Translations under genes and position numbers: made by a program
Assembly: GCA_051362555.1 (NCBI GenBank)
Contig: CM120643.1
Location: 5,270,001-5,334,000 of the forward strand
Direction: 5' to 3'
DNA: 64,000 nucleotides
Origin: Lingula anatina
Taxonomy: Eukaryota; Animalia; Brachiopoda
The notes under the pieces: generated by a model
Databases searched by the model: none
What the model was told of the DNA's origin: nothing
What the model saw: the letters and a program-made list of their open reading frames with translations, nothing else
Shown: positions 29,401 to 44,300 of the stretch, one piece after another
Numbering within the stretch: the first letter of the stretch is position 1
Layout of the letters: every line of letters begins with the position of its first letter

Positions 29401-32400
29401 GCCGGCGCCGTGCACTTTCAGCGTAAACACGATAAGTAGAAGACAGTTTTACTTTTTGGCTTTATATTAACAGAGCTGATGAATATTCATAAAACACAGG
29501 TCAAGTTCGAAAATCAGCATTATCAGGCCATTATTTAAGAAGTTATGCTGTTTTTTTCACTTTTCACCATATATGCAACACTGTAAACACATTTCAAGGA
29601 AAACTGATAGGCCTGTTGTCATGAACCTCACAGGAGTAATCAATCTTACTAAAACGCAGGTGAAGGTCGAAAATCAGCATGATCGGGCCATTATTTTAGA
29701 AGTTATGCTGTTTTTCTCTTTTCAGCATTTATGCAACACTGTTAACACATTTCAAGGAAAACCGATAGGCCTGTTGTCATGAAACTCACAGGAGTAATCA
29801 ATCTTACTAAAACGCAGGTCAAATTCGAAAATCAGCATGATCGGCCATTATTTTAGTAGTTATGCTGTTTTTTCACTTTTCAGCATATATGCAACACTGT
29901 AAACACAATATAAGAAAAACAGATTGGCCAATTGTCATTAAACTCACAGGAGTGGTCAATCTTACTAAAACGCAGGTTGAGTTCGAACATCAGCATAACA
30001 TTACATTAAACATTATGTAATATTGCATTAAAATTTGAAGAAACCCCTATTTTGGGCACTACTCCCATGATGACCATTTAAGGAAAATCATGTCACTTAC
30101 TGTTCTCAAACTTACAGGAAAGAAACATGGGACTAAAATACAGCTTCAGTAGGCAATGCAGTCTGTTTGATAATTTTTTCTGGCAGTTAAACAGTTTTTT
30201 TGTGAAAATTTAATTTTTCACGTATTGGCATTTTCAAGGTGTGACTTCGAAGTTCCATGGGCCTGAAGACCTTTGCTAGTCACATTTTCTGAATGTCCAT
30301 GATACTAATATTTTATTGTTAAAAATTGATGGTCATTATGCTGTTAAATATTTTGTAATGTTGCATCAAAATAGAAGAAAACACAATTTTGGGTGTTGCT
30401 GCCATGATGACCATTATGGGAAAACAGTGTTACTTATGATTGTCAAACTTTCAAAAAAGAAACACAGGACTAAAATGCAGCCTGAGTTGGAAAAGCAGTA
30501 TAATTGGCTTCTTTTTCTGGAAGTTATACATTTTAGTGAAATATTCATTATTATCGTATTGGCATGTTCATTGTGGGACTCGGAGCTCCCATGGACATGA
30601 AGCCGAATGGTAATCAAATTTTCTACATGTCCATGCTATTTATAGTCAATTATCAAAAATTGGTGATAATTATTCTGTAATTTATTATGTAATGTTACAT
30701 CAAAATTGACAAAAATCTTTTTGCGCTGCAACTACAAACATTATGAAAAGAAAACTGTGTTACTTATTATTATTTTTAACTTACAAGTATGATTTTTAGG
30801 ATTGGCATGCAGTTCAAATTAGAAAGCCAGCTCAATTGGGTTATCATTTATTATTGAATTTATGCAATTTTGTGTGAAATTTTCATTTTTCTCATTCTGG
30901 CATTTTCAAAGAGTGAACTTGAACTCCCATGGGCCTGAAGCCTTATGCTTGTTACACATTTTACTTATATCTGTGTTACCTGTTGAGCATAATTAAAATT
31001 TGATGTTGAATTTGCAGTTAAGCATAATGTACTTTTGCATCAGAATTGACAGTAGCCTATTTTGTGCATTGTTATTTTCTGCTTTTTGTCTGTAAATTTG
31101 ACAGCTTTGCTGCCTTGTTATTATGTGCATATGACTGTTATTGTTGGTTACAAGCTTCATTTGAGAAAAATTTGCAATCACTCTGACTCTGGTCCATACA
31201 AGTGTTTCGTAAAACTTGACAGCTTGCCTTATAGATAGAAATAAAAAATGCGGGTTTATAGTTGAGTTTTATTATATCTTTACGTCCATTTTCATTTTGT
31301 ATAAAAAATGATTTATTGTAGAAAAATAAACATTTATTGTAATTGGACATTTTGTGTTTTTTGGTCTGATGACCTTAAAATTGAAAAGAAAATATTACTT
31401 AAATAAACTTTTAAAAAAGACGAGTATTTTTAGGTTTTGATTATTAATGAAGATTTTACTGATACTTTCTTTCAGAAAAAATGATAACTGCATTTTTAAA
31501 GGGCATATTAGCAGTTGTTTTTAAAAGTTTCAATTATGAACTTTAAGGATACAAGATTTTGATGTTATTCCTCCACCAGCATTAAAGCCAATTAATTGAA
31601 TTTCTTTGAGAATTTTGTTTCATTAGATAATTGTGGATGAATCAATTTGTCTGTGAAAATTGGTTTTGGTGGGCCTACTAATTTAAAATCATTGTTACAG
31701 AAATTACAAAAGCTTGAGACATTACTTCATAGCCTCTCTAAACAATATATGGACAACAGACTGACAGAAATTTTAATGAAAAACATTGCAGTGAGAAAAT
31801 TAAAACCATTTTGAAAATACAATAGGTGCTTCTTGGAGACACAGCAGACCTTTTAGTTGGCCTTTGACTTATTTTTCACAATAGAATGCACATTGCAAAT
31901 TTTTATCCCTTGTATCTCTTAAACTAGAAGAGATACATCATGTTTAGCAGACATATTTTTTATGTTTTATTAAATTGACCAGTCAAGTTATGCTTTTATA
32001 TTACTTTCGGTGATTCATTTATGTGTGTAGTGTTAATTATAGGTAATCATTTAAATTTATTGCATTTTTTATGAGAAGATTGACACTGTGGAGTAAGACT
32101 TTTTTAGGACATGAACCTGTTGTTCTTTTTGATAATTTTATTTGCTGTTCACACAAACATGCAGCCTTACCTAATCCCTGGATACTTTCTAATCTGCTTT
32201 ACTCATGGCCTTGTAATTGGTCATATTTTTGTGAAGATCACTGTCACAATCTGATTTAATTCAAACTAAGACGGAAGGATTATGAGAGGCCTTATGTGTA
32301 TAGTAGCAATTCCCGTGTTATACTAGTATTTTAATAATCACTTTAAAAAGATATATGCATTTCCTCTGGGACAAATTACATCAGTATTCTGCGAAAGTAC

Positions 32401-35400
32401 TGAAATGACTTGATGTTTTTCAAAGGGACAAATGGACAAAATGGATATTAAATTTTTTTGGTAAATAAATTGCATATTTTATGATGATAAATGCTTTGAA
32501 TAAACTATTTCAGACACCAGAAATATCTATAGTAAACAACAATCTGTCATTCTTCTGCTGTTTATTTGCCTCATTAAAGGTTCAATTTATCTTACAAATC
32601 TTAATATCCTTTTTGATAAGTTTTACGTTCTCTATAATTGTTAAACACTATCTTTCTTAAACTGGGCTGGAAATGTTTTGTTTCTTAATGAAATTTTAGT
32701 TATGAGCCAGTGATGAATCATACCCTTGGGAGTAAGAATGCTAATTGTTGTTAACCAGAGAAATAATTCAGCTTGTCTGTGCTGAAGCAGGGGCAGATAT
32801 AGTTGCACCATTGCATCAAGCATAAATCATATTTGCAGTATCATAAAACTTATAAGGTGGGGTGAATAACAGCTTCCTGGAGTCACAACAGACAGAAGAA
32901 CATAAGTTGGGAAGCCTACTCCAGATGCATACTATTTGTTCTGATTGTTACCTTTCTTTATGGCTATATGCTGGAGTGTTGCCTTTCTTTACAAGCATAT
33001 GTTAGAGAGTTATCCTTTTTTTATATACAGCAAGATAAACAAGACATGATGGTGGTCAAACTTTTTATAGATTAAGATCATACTACTCTGCACTTCACAT
33101 TCACTTTAATTAATAATTAGACTACATAATGTTGGTTTTTTTAAAGTGTATCCATGAACCCATTAAATACTTAATTTACTGTACTTCTGTTGGGCACAAC
33201 TGATTCACATAACCATGCAATAAAGTAAAGGAGAGACACCAATGACCATGAGAATACCATGTGAGAGTTCAATATTGTGATGATCTTTGTACCACAGTGT
33301 CAATGCTTGTTCCAGGTGGAATAAAGCACAATACATTGCCTTCAACTAGATGGCTGATAACTAGTGTAAAACCCCCTTTAAGCTGGTCATTTCTGCATCC
33401 TTTGTGCAACCATGAAACTGACAAGGTTGCAGTTGGATGCTCAAAGAATGCACAATAACCGCTAAGATCGCACACAGAATGTCCAAGCATCGCCAAGGAC
33501 AACATGGTCGCTGCAAAGTTTTAATATAGCTACTAGTAGTCTCATGCCAGCCTCCGATTGGTAGTTTTTCTAAAATTCTTGAATCGATCAATTTTTGGAG
33601 GTAATTGTAGAACAAATATTTTGCTTTTTTTTTTTTCAAGATGCAGTTCTTGTCACAGTTTTTGTAGAATTTCTCTTTTGAAAATGGATTCAAACATTCC
33701 TTGTTGTGCCAGTCAGCCTTTTCATCTTCAGTGCCTGACCATCCTTCTTATAAGGACAACAATGTTCATCAGGGTTATTATCAGTCCATGCAGACCATGC
33801 ATCACTGTAGTTTGAAAAAGAAGTTTATTCCTTATTATTTGTTTTCTTTCCTGGCGTTGTTCTTAATTGGGTACGTAACAGAGTTAGAACTGATATAAAA
33901 TATAAAAGAGTCAGAATATATCAAAGGAAGCCCAAACAGCACTGATCTTGCAGAAGGCAGAAAGACCATGGAGTGGTCGTCACTGATCACTGATGAAGGT
34001 ACAGAGAATGCAAGAGGAGGATCAGTGGTCACTCAAACATCGCAGTGGACACCATCGGTTGCACAGGGAAAGCAGGGAGGATCCTCAGTGGACACACAGG
34101 ACACCCGAGGTTTTAGAAGTAAAATCTAGATTTGGTTGTTCAAAAGAAGCATAAGAGACACAGAAGCATTTACACTGAGACACAATTTAATTGCTTTGGT
34201 GACCAATGAGCATCCTGACTGCATTTTTTTATTTAAGAAGGGATGCAGAAAAGACACCGTCCAGTGTAAAGAGGCCTTAAGCAGCTATATGCATTTGTCA
34301 GTGTTTTAGCCTGGTAATTAAACTGGATGCATGCAGTACTGAAGTCATATCAGTGTATAATGGGACTTTAATGTTGCAGCTAATGTTTCTTTTACTGGAG
34401 GTCTGTTTTCATCATTCTGATCATTCCGAACTTCAAGTAATCCATCTTTTTGTCCTGGAACCTAAGTGATATTATGGGTTACTTCCACTCTAGTTATATA
34501 TAGGCTTTGGCGGTGTGGATCTGCGTCATATTAATATATATCAGTAGCCCTGGGGGTGGGGTGGTGGGAGAGACCATTTAGCCTCAAACTGGAATTCTTT
34601 TTTTTTTTTAGATCTCAGTTTCAACTCAGTTAATGTGGACAGTGACAGACTAATTGCAATCATCAGTTCATGATGTCTTCATTAAATATTCATATTCTTC
34701 CTCTAGTTCTGTTGTTTGTGCTTCTGCCTAGCTTCCAATAAGATTCCACTAGGATTTATATCATTATTTGACTGTGTAAGTAACTCAGTTCAAATATCCC
34801 AATGTGAACTCAGCACAAGTCTGGATAAATTTCCCAGTGTGAATATAACCCTTGTCTGGCGAAACATCCCAGTGTGAAGACAGCACTAGTCTGGCTATGT
34901 ATCAACACAGACCTAGCCTGGCTCACTGCATTCTATGCATGGTACTGTGCAGTAAAGTTTCCCATGAAATCACAGTTTAACTTTTCATTCAAAGAGATAA
35001 AGACTTTCAACCTATGTTTTTAACTTAAAAGTGCATGAATCATCTCTTGTTGATTGTCTGAAGAGAAAACCTTTATCAGTTCTTTAGGATAATTTTTAAG
35101 CTGATGAATGTCAGTAAGTTATTTATCACATCCTAACCAACATCTGTCAAATCTTGACTCAGCTTTAAATTACACACATTTAGTAAGTCATAGTGAAAAA
35201 AAACGTGTGTTTGAGGGACATTTTAATTTTCTCAGATTTTTATGATGAGTTTCAGGACTAGAGGATCAAATGTTGGTTAATCTGTTATTCTAGGTAAAAT
35301 TCTTAAATTTAAGTTTTTCACTGAAAAATTTTGCACTAGGTACCTTTAAATACAAACACTTTAAACCATGGATACTTATCTTCCAGCTTAAATAGAAATG

Positions 35401-38400
35401 TTATTTTATATAGGACTTTATTGACCTTGCAAAAAAGAAAACTGATCCAGCAAAAAAGGGTTTTGGCTATTCTCTCTGATATTAAGTATAGAAAATTGAA
35501 GAAGAGGACCCTCTAGGATCTGGCAGGATCAAGCTGTCTACACTTATGTAACTATCCTGCCCCAACCAACCCCTTCAAGGGTGGCTTAACAGCAAAGGAG
35601 GATAATTCTAAATTTGGTTGTAATCACATACCTGGACATCTGGAATAAGTCTAAGTCCATGCTAGACCAAATCTTTCCAATTATAAATACATTGCATTAT
35701 ATGGACAGGGATACACCATACTCAGCACTTAGTAGGAAATTGTCCTCACTGACAAATATGAAGGGAGTTGGTGAGGAACATGTTCCACCTGATTATCTCA
35801 AATCCGATAGAGGCTGATACAATAATTTTGTAAGAGACTACTTTGCCCCTGCTATTACTTTGTTATTCAGATCTCCATGTCAGGAGGCAAGTTGGTGATG
35901 TAGATCTAAACAATGACTTTACAGTGAAGTATTTTTTATTGTAACATACATTTTTGTTACATAACTCATTAGTTTTAGCTTAATTATTTAAGAAATATTC
36001 TACAATTATTTTAAACAGTTACAGACTTGTTACAGTATTTATAAGATAATTACATGGTTCAAATTACCAATTCAGTTCCAACCCCAATGTGTTAAATAAC
36101 ATTAATGAAGTGCTCAGGAAGTAAAGATGCTATTTCAGTGAACATCATGTCTGGCTAACCGACAGTACCTTATTATCTACTGCCTTTAAAGAGACCATAT
36201 TAAAACTATTGACGTAAACACTTACTGCCATGTCAATTTTCTACTGACAATGTTGATGGAATTACTAATGCGGTTTTATTCTCAGTCCAAACTATGCTTT
36301 ATTAGAATATGATATGGATTCAAAATCCTTATCAATGATAAAATCACTTATATAAGTATCATCAACATAACTCATAGTGCCCATGTATTGATATCCATAT
36401 ATCATATACATCTGCTTTGAATTATCTACAGACTTTTGTTCTCAAAACAACAAATTGAAACTTATGATGTTTTGCCAAAAACAAGACATCCAAGATAATA
36501 TCAGTAAGTTTATTTAAGATAGCATGCTGCCAGGTTCAGTAGGTATTTCATATTCGTTTATTATGTGTAGCCTGGTTAATCCTCACATCCATTGTCTCCT
36601 GAGCACATTGTTTTTGAATATGAACTTCTGGCAAATATTAGAGGAGGATGGTGATGGTATGAAACAACAGACTTTGAATTATTATGATTTTGTTTGAAGA
36701 AACAATTAAAAAGTTTCCGTAGTGCAGATCTGAAGATTTTTCCAGATATAGCATATAAGTAAAAGTTAATACAGTTGTTTAATTTGCTTATGCAATAAAA
36801 TATCTCTCTTATTGGCCAAAGATGGGGGGCATCTTGTTTCTTTATGAAGTAATATGCCAGAATCATGTCACAAAAGTACAGCGGCCATGCCAAGAAGACA
36901 AAGGCTAAAGATGTTGCTATGAACAATCCATTTGTTCTGGCTGTGTCCATTGTTGATGAGGCTCCCAGGTTTTCTTGAATATTGCGCTGGTTTCTTAGTT
37001 TGTGTACTATCAATGCACTGATGATTAAGACACCCAGAGACATTAAGTTGCTGGTGATTGCAAAAACATAGAAAATTATACCACTTATTACTTTCATCTC
37101 TTCTGGGGACAGCAGCTTGCATTCTTCTATTTGTGGGATACGAATGCTTGTCCAGCCAGCTAGAAGCAAAACGCATATGAAACTTGCCCTGTATGCCATT
37201 TTTCGTTTACAGAAAATCATCCCTTTCAGTGGGTAAAAGATCAAAATGAAACGTTCCACTGCAATAGCCACCACAAATATAATGCACAGGTAGGAGAGTA
37301 GGTCATTAAACCATAACAAGAAGATTTCAAAACTGCAATTAAGAAAGAAACCATGTTTGTTTGCCACACATGCCAGCGATTGGTTGATCAAAATTCCCTG
37401 ATCAGCAAATGCCATGAACATAAGAAAAATAAATGTTGATTTTCTCCTCAAAACTTTGTTCCATAAGATGACGACAACAGTGAACACGTTTCCTATCCCG
37501 CCAAATACTGTCAGTCCATACATGAGATTACACCAGCAGTCGCCCAGTGAGAGCCAGCACTGTGTAAACCAGCCCTCAGTGGGGAGCTCAGTTGTGTTGC
37601 TCAAAATTTGACCACCCACTGTATACAAGTCATCTGTAACTCTAGTTGTGACATTACCATGGTGATGTTCAGTCATGGCAACTTGGAAGGGAGATGTCTT
37701 ATCCACCATTGTGTCCCCAACTTTGCTTTTTTTTTTTTTTCACTTTTAGGGTGATGGCTGCCGTCTTAATTTTATGATATGCTAATTTGGAGACTTTTTT
37801 CCCTGATTTCAAGATTGTTGCACTTTCCAAAATGTTATCTGTTTACAGTGAATATTGAGAGTTGTCCTTGATTTTGAACATTTTGTTCCCCTTGTTTACA
37901 GTAAACACTGCTAGTTTTCCCACAGGATCGTCAACACAGTTCCAGCAATAGCATGGGTTACTAGAATATACAATACATCACCTTTCAAGGCTGTTTTATC
38001 ACTTCCTTCAAGAACCAATGAGTCTCCCCAGTATTTGAATGTATATGCATATGCTGTAATCTGGCTGAAAAAAAAAAAAGAATCAAAGCAAAAGTTCTTC
38101 TTAAAAGCATATCTTAAGACACAGATTCTAAAATGCAAAGATTGTTGATTATACAGCCTCAGTTCTAATTACACTGATTGGAATTCCAGAGTATTTTTTT
38201 CATTTTTAAAAGAGATGTAACACATGACATTAACTTATAATGTTTTATTTTAAGTCCAAATGTGCACAAATAGTTGTCTCTGTAGCTATTAACAGCATTA
38301 TCTGAACTAAATATCAAAATGTTGGCCCTATAATATTTTTTAAATATGCAACAGCTTTAAAAGTATTTCATTTGAATCTGAATATCAGTTTTTTTACACT

Positions 38401-41294
38401 CCAACAGTGATCATACAGTATCTCTAGATTGTCATGTAACATTACATACAATATGAGACAAACCTTAGTTTTAAAGTAACCAAATCCAGAGTGATTTTGT
38501 TGTAAGATTGCTCCAGTTTCTAATTTCCTATTTTTGGGCCTCTTTTTGAACTGTTCCCCTAATTTTAATGCCTTTAAAGTAATCTTATGTGCCCTCTATA
38601 TGTGTGCCACCTGCTTCTGTACAGTGCCACAATTTCTTGGTTAAAAAATTTAGATTGCATATGTTTCCAATATCCGTGGGCATTATGTGTACACAAGTTT
38701 ACCCATTGCCACACCCACACAATCACACACCTCCAGGTAACCATTATATGTAGCCAGTGAATTAATATAAGTAACCAGTGGATTATAAATGCTAGTCATT
38801 AAATATCTTGTTTCTTTGGATTTAATGCAGTTACAGAACTTTTTTTTTACCAAACTGTATATTCATAACCCCATGTGCAGTAGTAGTTCCCATTTTTTTA
38901 TAATGTAATTCAAATAATATTTTGAAACATAAAATTGCTTCACAGCATATGACTTTCCACCCATTTTAATTGTGGCTTTTCTGAATTTTATATGCTCAAA
39001 AATTACACAGAGTCTGTAGCTGTTACATATGGACAACTTACCTGTGGTTTCCGGGCAGTCTTAGCTGGCCCAGCAGAGGACCACTTAATACACAATTGTC
39101 TCTGTAGTTAACTGATAAAGTGCTTCATGTATGATAACTTTTTTTTTTACTTTTTCTGTCGATTGGCAAGCTGGTCTGATAATGGAGATAATTCAGTAAT
39201 TAATCCCTCTGAAGTATTATGAGCGATCCTGTTTCCTTTGATTTTATATTCCATTTAAGGCATAGTAAGTTGCGAGGTTTTTAATATCAAGGAACAGATC
39301 ATCTTTTTAGATTGCTCCATTTACTGCAGCTTCCTTTTTTTGATTCCTAATACTTAGTTTGATGGAAATTTTTCTACGAGCCATCAAAAGAATCAATTAT
39401 CTGTAGCTGTCTGTAATCCAAGAGAGTTTCATCTTGTGAATGAATGAGGAGAACTACGTACTTGATCCAATGCAGTCTGTGGTTTTTATGCAGTCAGCAT
39501 CAGCTGCTGGGCATGCATGCAATTTACTTGATGCTTGTGCTACTCCTACTGCCTCTCCAACTGCCTTTATATACTGCACACGCCTCTGCTTCATTGTGAT
39601 TTGATGAATGCTAGCATTGTACAAACACATGAGTGCAGGTTTCTTAGAACATTAAACCTCTTTTTGACACAATAGATGAAATATCTATTTTATCGGGATA
39701 CTGAATAACTATAATTATTGTCACCAAGTAGAGGTTTTTTAATGGTTGTGGAAATTTTGAAGATTATTTGAAATTGCTAATTATGTTAATCTTTTTAAGC
39801 ATTGTTAGAATTCATTACATATTCCCTGGATTTTCTTTAATTGTTATATTGTTGCTTGGACAAATAAAATGAAATGAAGAGAATGACAATGCAAAGCAAT
39901 ACAAGGGCAAATCAGATCTCTCCTCAGTCAACCACACTGCAACAGATCACATAACACATATAAATAGATTCTGCCCAAGTTGATTTTTTGACCTCTGCCA
40001 AGAACTTTTAACTGATAACTTGTATTAGTTGAGAGCAGATTTAGTGAAGAACAGAAAGACAGAAGCATGAAAACTGCCTCAATAAATCTCACTAGAGTTT
40101 TGAGTCAGCAATTGGTCTTGTTTCAAGTCTGCATGACAAGGAATTGGTAAACAGTAAAATGTGTCATATTAGTAGAGTTATGCAATGTGACACAAAAATC
40201 AAGATTATAATATATATGTATGATAGCACCAATTTAGACGTTCACAGTTGCAATTGTATTCAAAAATTCATATCATACACATACAACTGTGAAATGGGCG
40301 GAAAAAGTGCCTCACATATCATGCAGCTTTTAAACACATCTGAAGTGGTCATGTTGTTTGTGCATATTTTTTTGTGCAAAATTAGAACATTTTTATGGTC
40401 CAGTAGTGGTAGCAACAATATTTTAAAGCAGGACATTGTATAGTTCTATTCTACACAGTAAAAGCAGTTCAAATATTATATAGCAATATAATCTTCATGA
40501 TTCCAAAATTATGAATCATTTTGCCCATTGAAAAGATCCGATACCATAGATTTTATTACAAATAAAATTAAATTACACCAATTTTCAATGGACCATTTTA
40601 AACAAGACTGCCTGACACAGGTTAAAAAGAACTTATCAAGAATCTGTTGCACTTAATTGTTCTCCTTACTTTTGTCAATAACTACACCAATTTTGATAAT
40701 TTTGTCTCTAGCAGTTACAGAGTTATCCCCCAAACAGATTGCTTCCACACCCAATTTGTAATTATATGCTTCCAGGCACTTCACAGGTAAAATGGACACA
40801 TTGCCAGCTGTACAATGTCATGTATTTTGATTAGCATTGTATATGCCAATAATAAGAAACTAAATAATAAATTGCCTAAATAAACAGAAACCTTGGATTT
40901 TGTGTATTATTCTGCACCTCAAGCTATATTTCAAGGTATATATACTTTACTGCTCTTTAGTGGTCTATAACAGCTTTATACAGCTATGCTGCCTTTTTTT
41001 ATATAATTAGTACCACCTGTTATATTCTTAGCCTTATCCTTTAGGTTCCCTTTTATGCTGCCAAACATGTAATGTGAGAAAAAAGTGAAGGCACTTTTTA
41101 TTTACCATAAAAAGCTGCATTTATCCCATATTTTGTGTATTGATTTCTTTGTGCTCCTTCAATTTTCAATTTTGCTGACCAATATTGACGTGCAGGAAGA
41201 TCAATGCAGGTTTTGCATACTAGCTAGTAAAATTCAACTTTCACCAAGTAAAACCAGATACTACTGCTTGTTAACTACGTACATGCACTCTCTG

Positions 41295-41352
<58 letters not shown>

Positions 41353-44300
41353 ATTCTGAAAACCTGTCGGTCCATGTCATAAACATTGCTTTGCCATTAA
41401 ACATATTTGTTACCACCATAACTACCAAACTGTACTTAGTGTTATGTTTTTTTTTTAATTTATTAGGTTTTGATTAGAAAAAAGGCACATTTTCTTCTCT
41501 TTATTGTCTGAATGCATTGTATTTGATATCTGATACTTGCCTTAATCAATTTAGTTCATTTTTTCTGTTTCTGTAAAGGAATGTTATCTGACAGTTATAT
41601 CAGATAATGGACAGACTTTATTTGAAGAAAAAAGCATGATGCATTTGTAGAGTTCAAGATAATTTTCTCTAAGCAAGGCCATTTCAGCTATTGGATCTCT
41701 GCTGATGTTATCCTGCTAAAAACTGATTGCATGGACATTTCAAGCTTTAAATTTTAATAACCCTTGATCTACTTTTTTTTATTCCTAATATATGTAATAC
41801 TTTTCATTTTGTACAGAAAAGAACACCATCCTTCATTCTGAAAAAAATGATTTCATTGCAGCATTTGGTGGGAGTCTTTTTCTTGTTGACAAACAAAGAG
41901 AATGTAAGGCACAATATTATCAGATTGAGTGCTGTTCCTTTGGCCTAAAAATGTAAATGTAACTGGACTTGCAAAAAAACACTGACACATGTTCACAGCT
42001 TATTTTAGTACTGGTCGAGAACCCATGCTTTGTATTTGATCATGTCAGGGACGGGAAGTACAAGTCATGTCAGAAATGGCAATTTGTCTTAATATTTAAA
42101 TCATTGACTTGGAAGCTTTTTTATGTCTCTGATTTTTAAATATATAAATGTATCTCTGGCTATTGTAATGATTTTATGATTGATGGATGCGTATTTCTAA
42201 GAAATTGTTGGCAGAATTTTTTTCTTGAGTTTTAAAATAGAATCAGAATGTCTGGTGCAGTGATTGATATTGCCGGTAGATAACTAAACACTCAGGAATT
42301 GATAAGAAATAATGATAAAATGATGTATTTTGACTCTTTGGTGTCATTTGATAGATTAAAGAATGGAATTCTAAGCAAATGAAAAAGTAGTCTCATGTGT
42401 AAAGGTTAACATGTCACGGGCAAATTTCATTACAAAAAATATAACAGTTGTCTATTAAAAATGCACAAATTTGGATACCCTTTGTATAGAACCTGAACAA
42501 ACAAAAATTGTTGTAAAGGCGTACATAAAACCCAAAAAAGAGTGTCCATTCCATAGAAGTAAAAGAGTAGAAAGAAAATGTATAATTAAAGTATGCATCA
42601 TGTAATATAGACATTCACTAAAATGATTCAATTCATGATTCAATAAGTGTCCAATCCAAAACAGCTAGAGAAGCAGAAAATGTAGGGAATTTTAAACACT
42701 CTTTATTGAGAATGTAAGAAAAAAAAGGGGAAGAAAAAGAATTTTTTAATTGTTAATTATGTCATTGTGTCAGAATTTTAGGTTTTTTACTTGTCTTTAT
42801 AAGCATCCGATCCAAAACAGCTGAAGAACTACCTGTAGTAACTGTACATAGAAGGAGGGACGCAATAAACTTATTTATCTAATTATTTTGTCATTTGACA
42901 AGTGCATTCATATATATTAACACTGATCTCAACTTGCATTTTACTCCTTCAGTATAATTTTGTTTTATTTATGCCCAGTCAACAAAAGCCACTATAGGAT
43001 GTTCTAGTTGCAGTTGGTCAGAACAGAGCTAGTGCATGAAAAATGAATATTTCTGATGAGCTGTACTTGGCTATGAAACACATGAATGTTCTAAGAATGG
43101 TGGTAATAGTTAATTTCCTAATCTTGAGCATTTATATTGTTGCTATGCTATTCTCCTACATACTCACAAAAGGAGATTGGAGAAGATATAACAAGACTGA
43201 AAAAATTACGCTTGAAGTATATGCAATTTGACCAAATACAACAAGATACAACTGAAAAGTAATTTATTTCTTGGAAAACGTTTTAACTGGCAATTCACAT
43301 GCAGGGAAGCAAAGAATTCTTCACAACATGTTCATTGATTTGCATTTTAGGTGCCCAGCATAACATTTTCCCATGAAAATTTTGTTGGGGCTAACAGTAT
43401 TTTTCTTACTACCTAAGCTGTGCAGGCCAGGGTTCGAACAAACTGCTTTTTTGCTAGGAAAAGCATCAATCTGGGTAAAAAATTTGATCTCTGTACACAA
43501 AAGTTTCGTGGTGAAAGAAAAATTCCTGGTTACAGGCCTTCTGTGGTCCTCCTCTCTTCACACTATCCATAACTCTGGAACAATTTGGAGACATAAAATA
43601 ACCTTTTTCAAATTCTGATGTACTTTCTAGAACCAGCTTCCAGGTTGTAAGCATTTCAAAATTATGTCAAGATGGTTGACAGACAGTGAGGTTCATCAGG
43701 AGCTGATAAATTACTATTACATTTGCTGACATTAATTCATGACACTAATCTGTTATAAAATAATCAAGAAGTATTTCTAATCTTTAGGTGAGTTAGATCA
43801 AAAGCCTCTGTGGTTTGTGTACTTTTAGGTAAAAACATCTTTGTATAAAAGGGTGGCAATTTTATTATGACCATTCCCCCATCTCTCTCTCTCTCTCTCT
43901 CTGAAGTATGGTTCAGAACAGATTCCTCATTATCTCAAAAGATGTCATTTATTTCATCAATGCACAATGCACCCTTGTCAAAATTTGTGAAATTTTAATG
44001 CTAAATATCTCTCAGACCAAACGGATTATGTTACTTATGAAAAGTTACTATAGAAGTCAAATTTCAAATATGACCCTGGATTTGACCTTTATTTCAAGGC
44101 CAAATGGGCCAATATTTTGTAAAAAAAAAAACATTTTCTGTGAGAAAATATTTATTTGTGTCATTTTTCAGAAACTACACAGACCTACAATGCTTTCATA
44201 TTATAGTGAGGAGCTGCATTTGGGTTCTCCTTTCATCTTCGAGAGTTAAGGGTCAAGGTACAGGAGATACAGCCATTAGCCAAAACTGAAAACTCTGCAT

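Noticed and set aside
33420-34110. GC-richer, exon-like or transposon-like stretch in the large intron
   Set aside because: No recognisable protein motif, no paired TIR, no convincing acceptor-donor pair; the JARID2 chain is complete without it.
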